Source: Mobula hypostoma (taxonomy: Eukaryota). From it: DNA of 64,000 bases. Positions 24,060-37,111 of the stretch are shown in pieces. The stretch covers positions 98,954,001-99,018,000 of the forward strand of contig NC_086107.1 of the NCBI RefSeq assembly GCF_963921235.1, read 5' to 3'. Within the stretch, counting starts at the first letter, position 1; every line of letters starts with the position of its first letter. The notes under the pieces are model-generated. The model had not been told where the DNA came from. It made no database searches and worked only from the letters and a program-made list of their open reading frames with translations. A program made the translations under genes and the position numbers.

Positions 24060-27000
24060 TTGTGTACCTTTAACGTTTAATGCTGTATGAAAGAAAGACA
24101 ACGGACAAGTATTTTCTGTACAATATCTATTTAGTTGTATTGTAAATGAGGAACAGAACACACTGTTTAAGGTAAACGTATTTACACAACCTGTCTGACG
24201 CCCAGTGCTGGTCTGTATCAGACATGGTCTTTGACAGGTGCACAAAGCACAGTTTAAAATGGTCAAACGCCAAACCTGCTTACAAAGGCCACTGTCCAGG
24301 CAATAACGACACGAGATTGTGCGCATGTCAAAATGGTGACAGCACCGTCCCTGGTGTTACAAGGGGTGCGGATCTGCCTGTGTTCACCCGCAGCTGCCTT
24401 TATTCTGCATCCAGAACATGGGAGCCCGCCTCAGACCATAACCAAGCCCAAATTATATCCCTTGACCCGATCTCGAGTTACAGTACCTTTCCTGAGTCGA
24501 CACACAAGTTCAGCACCACAGCATCTGGAGCACCTGTGAGCAGACTGTGAGTCTCAGGTAATCCACATACATGCACCTCACGTAGAGCAGAGGACAGGAG
24601 CACACTTAGAAAGGTGAGGCACAGCTCAACCCGACTGGGCACTGACAACAAAATCTGTGGGTTTAATGCACATCTCCAGCTAAACCAAGTGTTCCTGGAG
24701 GCTTTACTTCTTAAAAAAAAATCAAAAGTACATTTCAACCAACTTCACCCGCCCCAAGTGGAACATATCCATGGTTACGGTTGGTAGGCAGCTCCAGGTT
24801 TTATTGGAAAACTATCGGGGGTGCAACAAGATGGTCTAGGTGGATAGGACACCATGGCTGCAAAACATTCACATTAATCATCCAGCACATCAAGATATCC
24901 CTGTGCCAAGGCTGACTCCACACATGGCGAGTGGTTGGACTTCAGTGGATGACGTATCTCCTTTTATGGTTTGAGTGAGACCGTGGCCCGTCTTGGTACT
25001 GGAAAAGAGGACTTCTCAGCACCAATCTAAGCTCCATTAGTCTCTGAGCAGCTGCTCTCCAGCACGGATAACACAGCAGGCAGCCAGAACCGCCCAGAAA
25101 AACAGAGTGAGGGGTGGGGGGGCAGACCCTGGCTACAGCTGGAGCAAAAACAATGTGTAGTTGTTGGGACAGGGTTACAGGTCTGTTCTTTTGGCCTAAT
25201 CCATTCCCAAAGGGAACCATACAGTTACCACTGATTTATTAGGAAAAAAAGCTCTCTTCCACACATCCCCCTTATCTTCCCCTTTCTGATCACAGTGAAT
25301 GTGCAGATAATAGGCACATTTTAACCAGTCAGCAATACATCAGAAGCATTTAGAATTTGAGTCTTCCCATTGATTCTTCCTCAACAATGAATCAACCAAC
25401 ACAAGTAGGGGCCTGCATCTCATTCTGACTATGGTTCAGTCAGTATTCAGGTTATTATCACAATAGATCCCATGCTCTTTCCACACAAACTGAGTGATGC
25501 TCGGCACCAACCTGTTCAGCAGCATTGCCTCAAAGCCCAGCTGCGTCCCTTGCACTGGCACACAAAATCACACTGAGGTTCACTGACGCTCACACACTTC
25601 AACCGTAAATAAAAATTACACCCTCCTCCTCTATATAATCCCTAAATGATCACCCAGTCACGTCGACTTACAGCTAAAAACAACACAAACAGGAATTTAC
25701 TCTACAGAAACGATCTAGGAAAGGTCTGGAAATTGAGGAACCTGCCAAATGCACAGAGCTAGAGGTCCACGTCCCTCTGCTCCTGTTGCCAGTCCCTGGG
25801 AGTAAAACTCCCCACAGCAAAGAGAAAGGGGCAAAAACTTCAAGAATATTTTAAAAAGACAGAATGATAGAATTATTCTAATCAAATAGGGGAGGACTTA
25901 CTCACTTTGTTATAATTCTTTAACACGATCTACTCATCCTTGCAGACATGGGCTGATTCACTCTAGACCAGGGGTTCGCAACCTGATGTCCATGGATTGC
26001 TTGCTTAATGGCTTTGGTTCATGGCATAAAAAAGGTAGAGAACCCCTGCCCTAGATGGACAACCCATCAGTGACATCTGTCTGCAAACCACAAGCAACTG
26101 AACACATTTTCCTTTTAAACACAATGTGACCTTGTATCTGCAAAATATTTCTGATCTAGATCCTTTATCGCTCACAAGGTCACTCATTAGGCTGTGAAAT
26201 TCTTCCACTTCTTGAACGAGAGGCCGAAGAACTTATTAACTGAGATGATCAAATACTTTAACCACATTTATTAAATGCAGGAGGTTCTGGGCAAGCCAGC
26301 TCTCCTGCTGAGGCCTGTTGTTTGAGTGCCAGGTATCAGTGTACCTGGCAGTTCACCTCTGTAGCAGTCCAGGTTCCTCATGGTGCAGGGAGACAGCAGC
26401 CCAAACAAACACAGGAGACATACACCTCGACTAATCTGGAGAAATTCTCCAGGGTGGGTCATGTAGAATCTCAAATGTAATTCTGAGTCGGCAAAGCTGC
26501 TGGCAGCTGCATGGAGAGATGCAGTGAGAGTGGGAGAGGCAGCGGTGACAGCCGAGTCTTTGCCCCAACTGGCTCTATTCCACTGCTTGTGAATGCCCTC
26601 AGCAACACCTGGAACCACAGCCCTCGCGGGCCGGGCAGAGGGTGCAAACCAGCTCCTGCCAGGCCTGGGCTTGTGATTTAAACTGCGGAAAGCAAAGGAC
26701 ATGATGAACATGCAGTCGGTGAGAAGCCAGTCTCATTATATTAGTACCCGGAGCACACACACCATAAACAGGGATTGGTGATCAATAAAACAAGTGGGGA
26801 ATGCAGTTTATTCCTGCCAGGGACACTGATCTAGTCTGCTGCCTTTCCTTGGTCAACCTTGGGGAAGGTGTGTGAGAATAACAAGGTGAGGGGCTGCTCG
26901 GAGCACGGGAACGTGGTTCAGCTCTGTTCCCTGTGGGGAGAAGCGAAGCTCCTGAGAGAATGGGCTTGGGGCAGTAGGTTAAAGCACCTCATCTCCGTCA

Positions 27001-27322
27001 CTCAAGCCACCTTCTGCCAGAGAGAGGAGTGAAATGAGCAATCGTGACCAGATCGGTCTGTGGAACAACCTGTATCACCAGCACCGGAATGCACTTAGAC
27101 CAGGTGGCCAATGAGGCAAGTTCACTGGCCTGGCCGAGCAGGTCAAGAGACAGCGTGCTGACGGACAGGGGCAGAGGGGACCTCAGCTACTGCCCACTGA
27201 ACACCACCTGCCCCGACAGCATCAGGTGGAAGGGACCTAAAGGAGGTCAGGAAACTATTAAGATGCCGAAGGCCGAGGAATTGGGCTGTGGTCGAGTCTG
27301 AAGGTGGTCTCACTGATGCAAG
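24060..27322 (-). other. Probable long 3' UTR of POLDIP3 with several candidate poly(A) signals (AATAAA near 26807, 26267, 25235, 24801; ATTAAA near 24076)
   Basis: Nearly repeat-free 3.2 kb after the stop; hexamers seen on the minus strand; the true 3' end cannot be determined from sequence. Confidence 0.5.
25969..26048. mobile_element. 80-bp hAT (Charlie-like) MITE
   Basis: TIRs CAGGGGTTC...GAACCCCTG; 8-bp flanks ctctagac and ccctagat fit the NTCTAGAN target preference. Confidence 0.8.
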
Positions 27323-27494
27323 TTAGAGTTTGATCTTGAACGCGGTGGGATGGGCCGATGTCGAAGGTCCTGAGGATTTGAAGAGCGCTTTCAGGATGAT
27401 CTCTGGGTCAACCTCTGCCGGAGGCTGGTTGGATGGACGGGGCTTGACCCTGGGGAGCTCGGGCTTCTTCACCACTGGACTGTCGCTCAGTCTC
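27323..27494 (-). CDS. POLDIP3: POLDIP3 exon 9 (last): RLSDSPVVKKPELPRVKPRPSNQPPAEVDPEIILKALFKSSGPSTSAHPTAFKIKL*
   Basis: tttgctgcag acceptor, phase 2, TAA stop; PPAEVDP..ILKALFKSSG...FKIKL is the POLDIP3 C-terminus. Confidence 0.97.
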
Positions 27495-30314
27495 CTGCAG
27501 CAAAGGTTGGAGGTGATCAGCGATCGGCAACCCTGGCGTTTCAGTCCCCTGTCCTCTCCACCCACCACCCCCACCCTCAACAGCCCCTCCTCCACATGAT
27601 GGTGCTCATATTGCCAAGACTAAATCAGCCCAATAAATGTGTGGGAAACCACTCTGCCTCTGGAAAGCCCCACGGTAGAATAGCAGCACTCGGCATCACT
27701 CATCACAAGGAGATGTGGACTGAGCTCTGGCAACCGTGGAGGCTGTAAATGGGTGGAGGGAGAGCCACCGGACACCAAGAAGGAGATGATGAAAAGCCTC
27801 CCACTGCTTTCTACATACAGTAAAACAAAATCGTACCAGCAGGCTCAAGGAGGGCTTCTATCCTACTGTTATAAGACGCTAGAATGGATCTCTTATATGA
27901 TAACATGGACTCTGGCCTCTGCAGCTGTTACACTTTATTCTGCATTGATACTGTTTTACCTTGTTCTACCTCAATGCACTGTGGAATGATTTGATCTGTA
28001 TGAACAGTGTGCAAGACAAGCTTCGCACTGTTTCTTGCTACACGTGATGATTAAACCGTACCAGCTTGCAGCCTGTGGATGTGCTTTGGGGAGAGCACCA
28101 CCCCAGGGTGGCTTCCTGAGCAAACCCTTTTCCTGACAGGTAAACAGCTCCCCGTCAGCACTAGGGCAGCCAGGAGTCTGAATGCAGCGCTGTCTCACAG
28201 CTCTGAAGACCACAGTTCAATCTCGACCTCCAGTGCAGTCCGCACAATCTCCATAACCACATGGGTTTCCTCTGGGTGCTCCGCTTTAAAAACACGTGTG
28301 GGTTTTTTGGTCCCAAGTGTGTAGGTGAAGGGGTAGAATCTGGGGAATGTTGATGGGACAGTGGAGACCATCAGTTGCTGAGAAATAAGCTGGGGAGTGA
28401 GATTTATGGGCCAAGTTCTATTGTAAGCAAACAAAGAAACTGCCCCAGGTCCAGAAATTGGTGTAGGCAGTGGGAATGGTGGATAAAACTCACACCCAAC
28501 CCAGCCAAACGTCTCAGTACAGCATGTAGTCATCTACCCCCGTCCTACCCACTGGCTCGACCCCACTACAGATTCCACACTGCTGGATACCCCTCAAATC
28601 TGCCATGGATAGTCCCAAGCTGGGCTGTGAAAGGAGGGTTGGGTATGGGTCTAGAGTCAGAGCTACAGAACAGCCAACAGACGCTCCAAAACCTCATCCC
28701 TGGGAGAGGAACGACTATCGGTGGGCTACTTATACCTGGGGACAAGCTGTAACACTGGCTCAGGACGGAGGACTCTAGTGAGCTGCTGTTGGCAGCATAC
28801 GCCCCAGTAGCGGTGATGGGCTTAAGCAAGTAGGAACACCCTTAGAGCCCTGCACGTGAACATACTCAGGGAGTTCAATTGTAAATCATTAGGAACCATT
28901 CCAAATGGTGAGACACCAGGTAAAAATCAGTAGCTAAATCTCTCGCTGGTGGTTCTCCAGAGGTACCCTTGCTTAATCCTGGTGCACATGACAGGAGGAG
29001 CAATAATAGGCGACTCCGACCATCCAGTGTGACTGTGGCTGATCTACACTGACCTCATCTTCTGTGTCAGTTTCCCACAACTCACGATTCCTTGCACTTT
29101 CAAATATTAATCCATCTCCACCTTAAATACTTCTAATGATGCTGTCCTCCACCACACTGGGCATGGAATTCTACAGATTTAAGGCCGTCTGAGGGAAGAA
29201 ATTTCTCAAGTTCTTTGTTTTAAATTACTGACCCCTATGCTTCCCTCAACTACTGAAACCATTTCAAACCCTCTCACAATTTTATGTTTGAATATCGCCC
29301 TATCATTGTTCTAAGCTTCGAGGAACACAGACCCAAACTGTACCTTCCCCTGTTCGGACAACCACCTCAACTCAAGAATTAGCCTGGTGAACCTCCTCTC
29401 AACTGTGTCCAGTGTTATTGTTATCGTTTTTAGTTAAGGGGACCAAAACTGCACAGTATTCTAGGTGTGGCCTCACCAACACCCTGTACAACTATGATGA
29501 AATCTCCCTAAACATAAACTCCCATCCCTTTGCCATAAAGGCCAATATGCCATTTGTCTCCTTAGCTACTTGCTGGACCTGGCTGCTAGTTTTTGTGATT
29601 CATTCACTGGAACAACTGGATCCCCTCTTAACCTCACTCATTTCCAGTCTCCATTTTGATATGGAGTGCTGATGTTATTCATCCCCACACTAAATTCCAC
29701 TTCAATTAATCCATACATCCCATTTCAGAATCAAAATGTCCTCGTCACCACACGCTCCTCCACCCAATCGTGTATCAATGACAAAGTTGGAAACCTTGCA
29801 TTTCATTCCCTCCCCCAGGTCAATAATGTAGAAGCAAATAACTGAAGAAGAGCCAATCCCTGGGTCATTCCACTAGTGGCACTCCCCCAGGCTGAAAAAG
29901 ACTCAACTATTCTAGCTGCAACACACACATTGCTGGAGGAACTCAGCAGGTCAGTCAACATCTATGGAGAGGAATAAATAGTTGAGACCCTTATTCTAAC
30001 TTTTTGTCTTCCACATGACTGCCAGTTTTCAATCCATGCACCGGCTGCCTATGAGGTCAAAGGCCTGTTGGAAGCCTAAATATATTAAATCTACAGGATT
30101 CCCTCTGATCAACTGGCAGACAGGCTAGGGCTGATGCATTACCAGGACAGAGGGGGGAGGGAGGAAGCAGCGATGAAGGAGTCCTCTTGGTAGACAGAGC
30201 TCAGCTGGTTTGTGGGGGAGGGCAGGAGCTGGAATGTGGGGTGGGCGGGGGAGGAGGACTGGAACATGGGGGAGACACCTCAGTATACACGTTGTATTTC
30301 TCTAACCAACTTAC

Positions 30315-30381
30315 AACAAGATTGGCTGCTCTGAAGTGATGACGTTTCCATTCACATGAAGGTTGCATTTCATTGGCTGAC
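30315..30381 (-). CDS. POLDIP3: POLDIP3 exon 8: (G)QPMKCNLHVNGNVITSEQPIL(L)
   Basis: ctccacag acceptor and gtaagt donor, 67 nt. Confidence 0.97.
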
Positions 30382-31143
30382 CTGTGGAGGGGAAAGGGCA
30401 CGTCCAGTGAGAATTCCCAGAACAAATAGACTCATGCCCGGAAAGTTTTAACTCCCCGCCGCCCCACTCCCAAACAACCCTGCGCAGTTTCAAAACTCCC
30501 CCAACCCACTGTTTCAAGGCTAACCCACCCACCACCCTAGACTGATCCAAGTTTCCACCACAAGCCTCAGGAGCTCCAGGAGAGGAGAAGCGAGGATCAA
30601 CACTCTGTTCACTCCCATCTGCATCAACATGATTTCGCTTACCATCCAAAACCACCCCCCCCCCCCACTTGGAGTAAACCCTTCTCACCCTCCACAAAGC
30701 ATTAGGATGCCTTCACAACCCTTCCTTATCTCCGTGCAACACTAACACTTCGAGAAACCTGCTCAGTCTCTGTAACACATCAGTATTTCCTGTAAACCCT
30801 TTCCCCCATCCTCAAACTGCACTGACATTGCCAAAGGGAACTGAGACAGAATCGATTGGTGTGAAGACCTCCCTGCCATGGGAGAGGGACCGAGATCAGA
30901 CACACATAGTCGGGACCCAGTGCTGGGGTGGGGGTGCAATTTTGCTGCAACCAGCCCACTGTGACACCGAAAACAACAGTCCAGAGCCTCCATGCTACAG
31001 GAGGTGGTGTATGAGGCATGGAAGAAAGGAGCACTGGGAACAGGGAGGGAAGGATTCCAGTACAACTGCCCCAAACATCAGTTACTACAGCCCAAACTTC
31101 ATCAGGACAGGATTTACAACAGCGCCTGGAACGGCCAGTTTAC

Positions 31144-31273
31144 CATCTAAACATCTGTTGTTGTATTTCTTGTAAGCCGTGATGGCATCGTCCTTTCTGA
31201 CGAAGACGACTTCTGCAACTCCTGGGTGTACGAGGCGGGCACGCTTTAGAGCACCACAAACACAGAACAACTC
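31144..31273 (-). CDS. POLDIP3: POLDIP3 exon 7 (RRM): ELFCVCGALKRARLVHPGVAEVVFVRKDDAITAYKKYNNRCLD
   Basis: tttctag acceptor and gtaaac donor, 130 nt; nearly identical to the mammalian RRM as recalled. Confidence 0.98.
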
Positions 31274-31794
31274 CTAGAAATGGGAGGAAAAGCAAAGAGT
31301 GAATCCTGGAACCCGTGCTCACCTCCGTGCACCAGCTACTCCACCACACCCCCTCGGCTTTGTTCTTGAGCAAAGACCCTGGTCGGAACTAGAGTGAGGG
31401 CTGAAAATCAGTGATTTATACCAGCACCGAAGGCCAGAGTCACTTCACGGCTCTCTGGCAGCTCCATCTCATGAACCGAACTACACACCAGCTCCTGCAA
31501 TAACTGCACTACAAGATGCAAGGAATTATTCTGCGCTGTCTATAATTCCCTCCCTCTGGGAATGGAGCAGGTCCACAATCTGCCAGCACTGCTCCATGCC
31601 CAGGGAACAGGAAGTGGAGGCAGACTGCACTCATTGCCATTAACTCACACACCAGACACTCTTTCCTTTGTAAATCCCCACACCGTCTCTGCCATGAAAC
31701 CCTTTTCAAGAACAGCGTTAGACAGCTCTTCCTCCATGAATCTGTGGGAGCACCTTCATCAGGAGGGTTGCAGTGGTTCTCAAGGAGACAGCTT

Positions 31795-31932
31795 ATCACC
31801 ACCTTCCCCAGGCGTTGGCAGCTCAGCACCACCTTCCCCACGCGTTGGCAGCTCACCACCTTCCCCAGGCGTTGGCAGCTCACCACCTTCCCCAGGCGTT
31901 GGCAGCTCACCACCACCTTCCCCAGGCGTTAG
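31795..31932. repeat. Short minisatellite (27-33 bp, about 5 units) in POLDIP3 intron 6
   Basis: Repeated caccaccttccccaggcgttggcagct. Confidence 0.9.
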
Positions 31933-32008
31933 CAGGGGAGAGTGTAAATGACTGACACACTTGCATTCGGAGAAATCAAATCTAGATATGGAGCCCAGTC
32001 AGACTCAC

Positions 32009-32086
32009 CACTATATCCTCCTCAGTCACACGTGGATGGAGATTATTCACAGTCATTTTCGTTCCTTCCAATGGGCTCAGATTTAG
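32009..32086 (-). CDS. POLDIP3: POLDIP3 exon 6: LNLSPLEGTKMTVNNLHPRVTEEDIV
   Basis: ccttcacag acceptor and gtgagt donor, 78 nt; start of the RRM. Confidence 0.97.
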
Positions 32087-32559
32087 CTGTGAAGGAGAGC
32101 AGAGACTTACTGCACTGGTAATAACATGTGCACAGCATAGCTTGAGCCCTCAGCTCTGGTTACTGGTCATACAGTAAACACGAGCAGGAGATGGACTGAA
32201 CTGCTGCAATGCCCAGGGGTGATGTGGATGTAGCATTGACCGTGAACCAACCAGGTGAAAGTGAGATTGGACCCTTCTCCGGGGATGCGAGACTGGATCG
32301 GACACCTCCCTGGGGGACGTGAGAAGAGACCAGACAACAACCCAGGAACGCCAGACCAGGTCCCAACCCGGGAACGGGAGACTGTGCACCCAACCACCCC
32401 AGTGAAGTGGGACTGGAAATATGCTGCTGCAACACTATCAGGGGCAGGGGAGAGCGGAAGGCTATTTACCCGTCAAAGCCACAAGAGCACTACTTAACAA
32501 AAACAAGCGGCCACAGAGCTGAAAGAAGAAGTGAAGGCCCAGAGATAAAGCATTAGACA

Positions 32560-32848
32560 TTTATTTATTCATTTACTGAGATGCAGTGCTGACTAGGCCC
32601 TCCCAGCCACCCAGCAATTCCCAAATCTAACCCTCGCCTGATCACGGGACAGTTTACAATGACCGATTAGCCTACCAACTGGTATGCCTTTGGACTGTGT
32701 GAGGAAAGTGGAGCACTCTGAGGAAACCCAGAAACCCACACGGTCACGGGGAGGACGTACAAACTCCTTACAGACAGTGGCGGGAATCGAACCCAGGTCG
32801 CCTGTATCGTAAAGTGTTGTGCTAACCACTAAGCTACCTTGCTGCCCC
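32560..32848 (-). mobile_element. tRNA-derived SINE (V-SINE/HE1-like); further copies near 22540-22750, 35050-35290 and 48380-48610 (all minus strand)
   Basis: A-box tagcttagtggttag and B-box ggttcgattccc, conserved core ctgtaaggagtttgtacgt.ctccccgtgacc, (aaat)n-like tail. Confidence 0.85.
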
Positions 32849-33772
32849 AATCTTCAAATGGCGTTGCCTCAAAGCATCTGATGGACCTCCGTCACTCAGG
32901 ACATTCCCTCTTCCCATGGCTACCATCGAGGAGGAGGTACAGTGGGGAGTGTGGTTTAATTCCCTAATGCGGCAGTGAGCACCAAACTGTGGTCAGGGAT
33001 CTCGAAAGACACAGAATGCAGTCTGAGTATTGGCCCTCTAGATAGGAGAAACAGGGCCAGTAGCATTTGGTTGTTCTGTGAGGAAGAACCATTTTTTATA
33101 GGCCAGTATGGTTGAAATTCTCAACGCAGGTAAATTTTGAGTGTGTTTTACTTCAACCCCCTTTTGGCATCACTTGTGCCAAATTAGAAAGTGCAGGGAG
33201 GAAGGAAATGGAATAAATTTTCCAATGGGCACAATGGTACCCAGAAGTGCAAACCAACATGGGAAACGGGTCTGGCTCAAGTGGACAACTCAGTTGGCAC
33301 GGGTAAGTTGGCCGAAGGGCTTGTGACCAAATAGTTTCCAGCTCAGGAGTTGATGAGATCACTTCGGCTGTCTCAGCTATATTTTTCCAGAATTCCTCTC
33401 CATTGGAGAGCTGATCCTGCAGGCTGGAAACTCGAGCACACGACTATGCCACTTAACAAATGTTAAAGAGGTAAACCCGGGAGTTACAGACAAATTGGCT
33501 CAGTATAAGAGCGAATTCAAAAATAACATGAAAGCAGAGTTTCTAAAGGTAATAACAAGAGAGCAGCCAAACAGCACAGATACAGACTGGGTAACTGCTT
33601 TGTGAAACACCTCCCCCATTCAGACACCAGACTTCCAGTCCCTATCACTCCCATTCTCACACATCGGGAACTGAACTGCAGCAGTTTGCTGTCTGTCATT
33701 GCCGGGTGAGATCCACGCCTGTGTTAACCGTCAAGGTACTTGGACTTGGATGCACTGAGGAGGGGTGGGTAC

Positions 33773-33964
33773 CTCTGGAGGCTTCACATCTTCAGCTGGT
33801 TCCGGCTCTGCCGCGAGGGCTGGTGCTCTTGACACATTTGTCGAAGGTCCCGAGCGAGTGAGGGTGAGAGGAGGTTGTGGAGGAGCAGTGTACGAGTCGT
33901 TCTGGACCACTTTGGTCAACGGAACAGACTTTCCAAGAGACAGCTTCGAGGCAGTCAAACCAGG
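33773..33964 (-). CDS. POLDIP3: POLDIP3 exon 5: PGLTASKLSLGKSVPLTKVVQNDSYTAPPQPPLTLTRSGPSTNVSRAPALAAEPEPAEDVKPPE
   Basis: ctccctgcag acceptor and gtaccc donor, 192 nt; PLTKVVQND.YTAP is conserved. Confidence 0.92.
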
Positions 33965-34214
33965 CTGCAGGGAGCAGAGGAAACAAAACAGGGTTAATCC
34001 TGCGCAGGTAAATTTAACCCAGGCACATCACACATTGGTTATTTATGTCAATCACTATGACTAGATGATTCTTTGGACAGTTATGACACTTTAAAGCTGA
34101 ACATTTAAGAATTTAAAAATATTGGACAGACACTGAACATGTCTCAGATTTGAAATACAACCCATATCAATACAACTAAAACCTCTGAGCAGCTAAGAAC
34201 CTATTTTACATAAT

Positions 34215-34590
34215 TCATTCATTATGTGCTGTGTCGTACGATGTGGGTAATCATGGTCTTGACCATTATTGTTCTTGGTAAGTTTTTCTACAGAGGTGGT
34301 TTGCCATTGTCTTCTTCTGGGTAGTGTCTTTACAAGACAGGTGACCCCAGCCATTATCACATTATCAATACTCTTCAGAGATTGTCTGCCTGGCATCAGT
34401 GGACTTGAGATATACACCAGCTCCACACATGACCATCCCCCACCCGCTCCCATGGTTTTTTGTGACCCTGATCGGGGGGGGGGGGGGCTAAGCAGGTGCT
34501 ACACTTTGCCCAAGGATGACCTGCAGGTTAGCAGAGGGAAGAAACACCTTACACCTCCTTTGGTAGAGACATATCCTCACCCCGCCACCC
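34215..34590 (-). mobile_element. Probable RTE-partnered SINE-like repeat
   Basis: Contains gaagaagacaatggcaaaccacctctgta, resembling RTE/BovB-type 3' tails; ends in (tgaa)n. Confidence 0.5.
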
Positions 34591-35679
34591 AAATCTCACA
34601 TAATAAACGCTTCTAATGATGAGGGTCCTGCTGAGCCTGTTCAGTGAACCCATTCTACTCACATTTCCTGTGTTTAGCAATCACCTTCCATTGCATTGTC
34701 ACTTCACAGTTCTGTAACTTCAAATCATTTCTCCTGTACATTTTCAGATCACATGGGACTGACTTCGGACCCCTGATTTATTGCTCCTGATAACACAGCA
34801 GCGCTAGTGTAATGGGCCCTTTAAAAGCACAAAGGTCAGATGGAAGGACCAGAGATGCCAGGGTTCCCAAGGACTGCAATGAGGCAGAGATCCAAGGATT
34901 CTGCACTGTGGGATTGAGCAGAGGTGCAAACATTCCGTTCGGTGGGATGGGTCAGAGCTGGCGAATATCCCTGCTCAGTGCATTAGATCAAAGGTATTTA
35001 GGTTAGAATGGCTCACAATGGGCGAATTCCCTGCTACGGTGGGATTGATTGATTTATTTATTGAGATAGAGCGGGGAATAGACCCTTCCGGCCCTTCGAG
35101 CCACACCGCCCAGCAGCTCCCAATTTAATCACAGAACAATTAACAATGACCAATTAACCTACCAACCAGGGATATTTTTGGACTGCGGGAGGAAACCAAA
35201 GCACCTAGGGGAAACCCAAGAGGTTATGGGGAGAATGTAGATGCTCCTTACAGACAGTGGTAGGAATTGAACTCGGGTCACTGGTACCTTAAAGCGTATA
35301 GTGCAGCGATACCAAAAGCCCTGCTGGCAGGAACAAGTGGAAGATCATAGCTTCCAGCTGAGTTGGAAGGTTTACATGCAGCAGTATTTCCTGATTAGCA
35401 TTCCCTTATAATGCTCGCACCCACACTGAGACTGTCTACCCAAACATGTCGTGGAGTGACGGCACAGCAGGAGGAAGCACAGAAAGACATGCTGAGAACA
35501 ATGTCAGGTACGCCTAGAAATGAGGTGCAAGGTTAGTGAATCTGCAGGACTATACACACGCTCAACAAGGAAAAACAGTAATTTCATAATCAATAGATCA
35601 GATCAAAGCTCTGCAGTCCCATTAGATCTAGCTGTGAGTGGTGGAAGACAATTAAACCACTAATAGGAGAGGGCAGATC

Positions 35680-36520
35680 AGAATCAGAAACAGATTCAGG
35701 TTTATTATTGGTGACACACGTCACAAAACTTGTTGTTTGGTGGCAGCAGTACAGAGCAACACATAGTGAGAAATATTTTAAAATAAGTAATGCAAAAATA
35801 GAGAAAAATGTGAGGTAGTGTTTATGGTCCGTTCTTAAATCTGATGGCAGAAGGGAGAAGCTGTTCCTAACACGTTGAGAGTGCATCTTCAGGTAACTGT
35901 GCCTCCTCTCTGATGTTAGCATAAGTTGTTTGAAGTTCAAAGTAAATTTATTATCAAAGTACGAACATGTCACCATATACAACCCTGAGATTCATTTTCT
36001 TGCAGGCATTTACAGTACAAATAGAATAGAATCAATTAAAAACTACAAAGACTGACAAACAATCTATGTGGAAAAGACAACAAACTATGTAAAGACAAGA
36101 TAATAAATGAATAAATAATACTGAGAACATGAGTTGTAGAGTGAAAGTGAGTCCGTAGGTTGAGGAATCAGTTCAGACTTGAAGAGCCTGATGGTGAAGG
36201 GTAATAACTGTTTCTGAATCTGGTGATGTGGGACCTACAGCTCCTGAAACTCCTTCCTGATAGCCGCAGTGAGAAGACAGCATGATCTGGATGGCGGGGA
36301 TCGTTAATGATGGATGCCATTTTCTTGTGGCAGCGTTCCTTATAAATGTGCTCAACGATGGCGAGGGCTTTGCCTGTGATGGACTGGGATGTAGCCAGGG
36401 CATGCCCTGGATGGCAAGGGTCCTTAATGAAGGATGCCACCTTCTTGAGTCATCGGCTTTTGAAGATGTCCTCGATGGTGGGGAGACTAGTGCCCGCGAT
36501 GGAGCTGGCTGTGCTTACAA
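35680..36520 (-). mobile_element. Stacked 3' fragments of Rex/Babar-like LINEs
   Basis: ASIINDPRHPDHAVFSL.LSGRSFRS...TRFRNSYYP peptide; recurring tails such as (tctga)n and gataataaatttactttgaac. Confidence 0.65.
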
Positions 36521-36971
36521 GCCTGTGCAAGAATCCCCATCCTCAGCAATAGTGGGGAGAAGGTGGAAACATTCACAACTATGCTCAGCCTGATCTGAGA
36601 GCTCCCCACTACCACAAAAGGCAGTCTTTAGTTAACTTGATTCAGTCTAAATGAAGTCAAAAAACTGACAAGAGCACTGGATATGGGACAAGATCTTACA
36701 GGACCAGATAGCATCCAACATCCGAGCTGTAATATTGAAGACCCATGCTACAAAATTTGATGTACCTGTAGCTTAGCTATTCCAGTACAGTTCAAAAAGA
36801 GGCTCTGGAAAAATGTCCAATTACATCCTTTTCACTAAAAACAGGACGTATGCAATTCAGCTAATTAATGCCGAATTAGTCTGCTCTCTATCAATGCAAA
36901 GTAATGGAAGGTGTCAGCTACACTGCCATGAAGCTGCACTTACTCTGCAATAACTTGCTTGCTGTTACCAA

Positions 36972-37111
36972 TGGTTAGTCCTGACGAAGGGTCTCGGCCT
37001 GAAACATCGACTGCACCTCTTCCTATAGATGCTGCTTGGCCTGCTGCGTTCACCAGCAACTTTGATGTATGTTGCTTGAATTTCCAGCATCTGCAGAATT
37101 CCTGTTGTTTG
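36972..37111 (+). mobile_element. Penelope-derived short element with a type-I hammerhead motif; 13-bp TSD ttgctgttaccaa
   Basis: TSD at 36959-36971 and 37109-37121; AGTC-CTGACGA-AGGGTCTCGGCCT-GAAAC-ATC-GACT at 36977-37012. Confidence 0.8.

Noticed and set aside
34440..34590. HDV-like ribozyme at the 5' end of the RTE-related repeat
   Set aside because: A P1-like pairing is possible, but I could not build P3/L3/P1.1 by eye.
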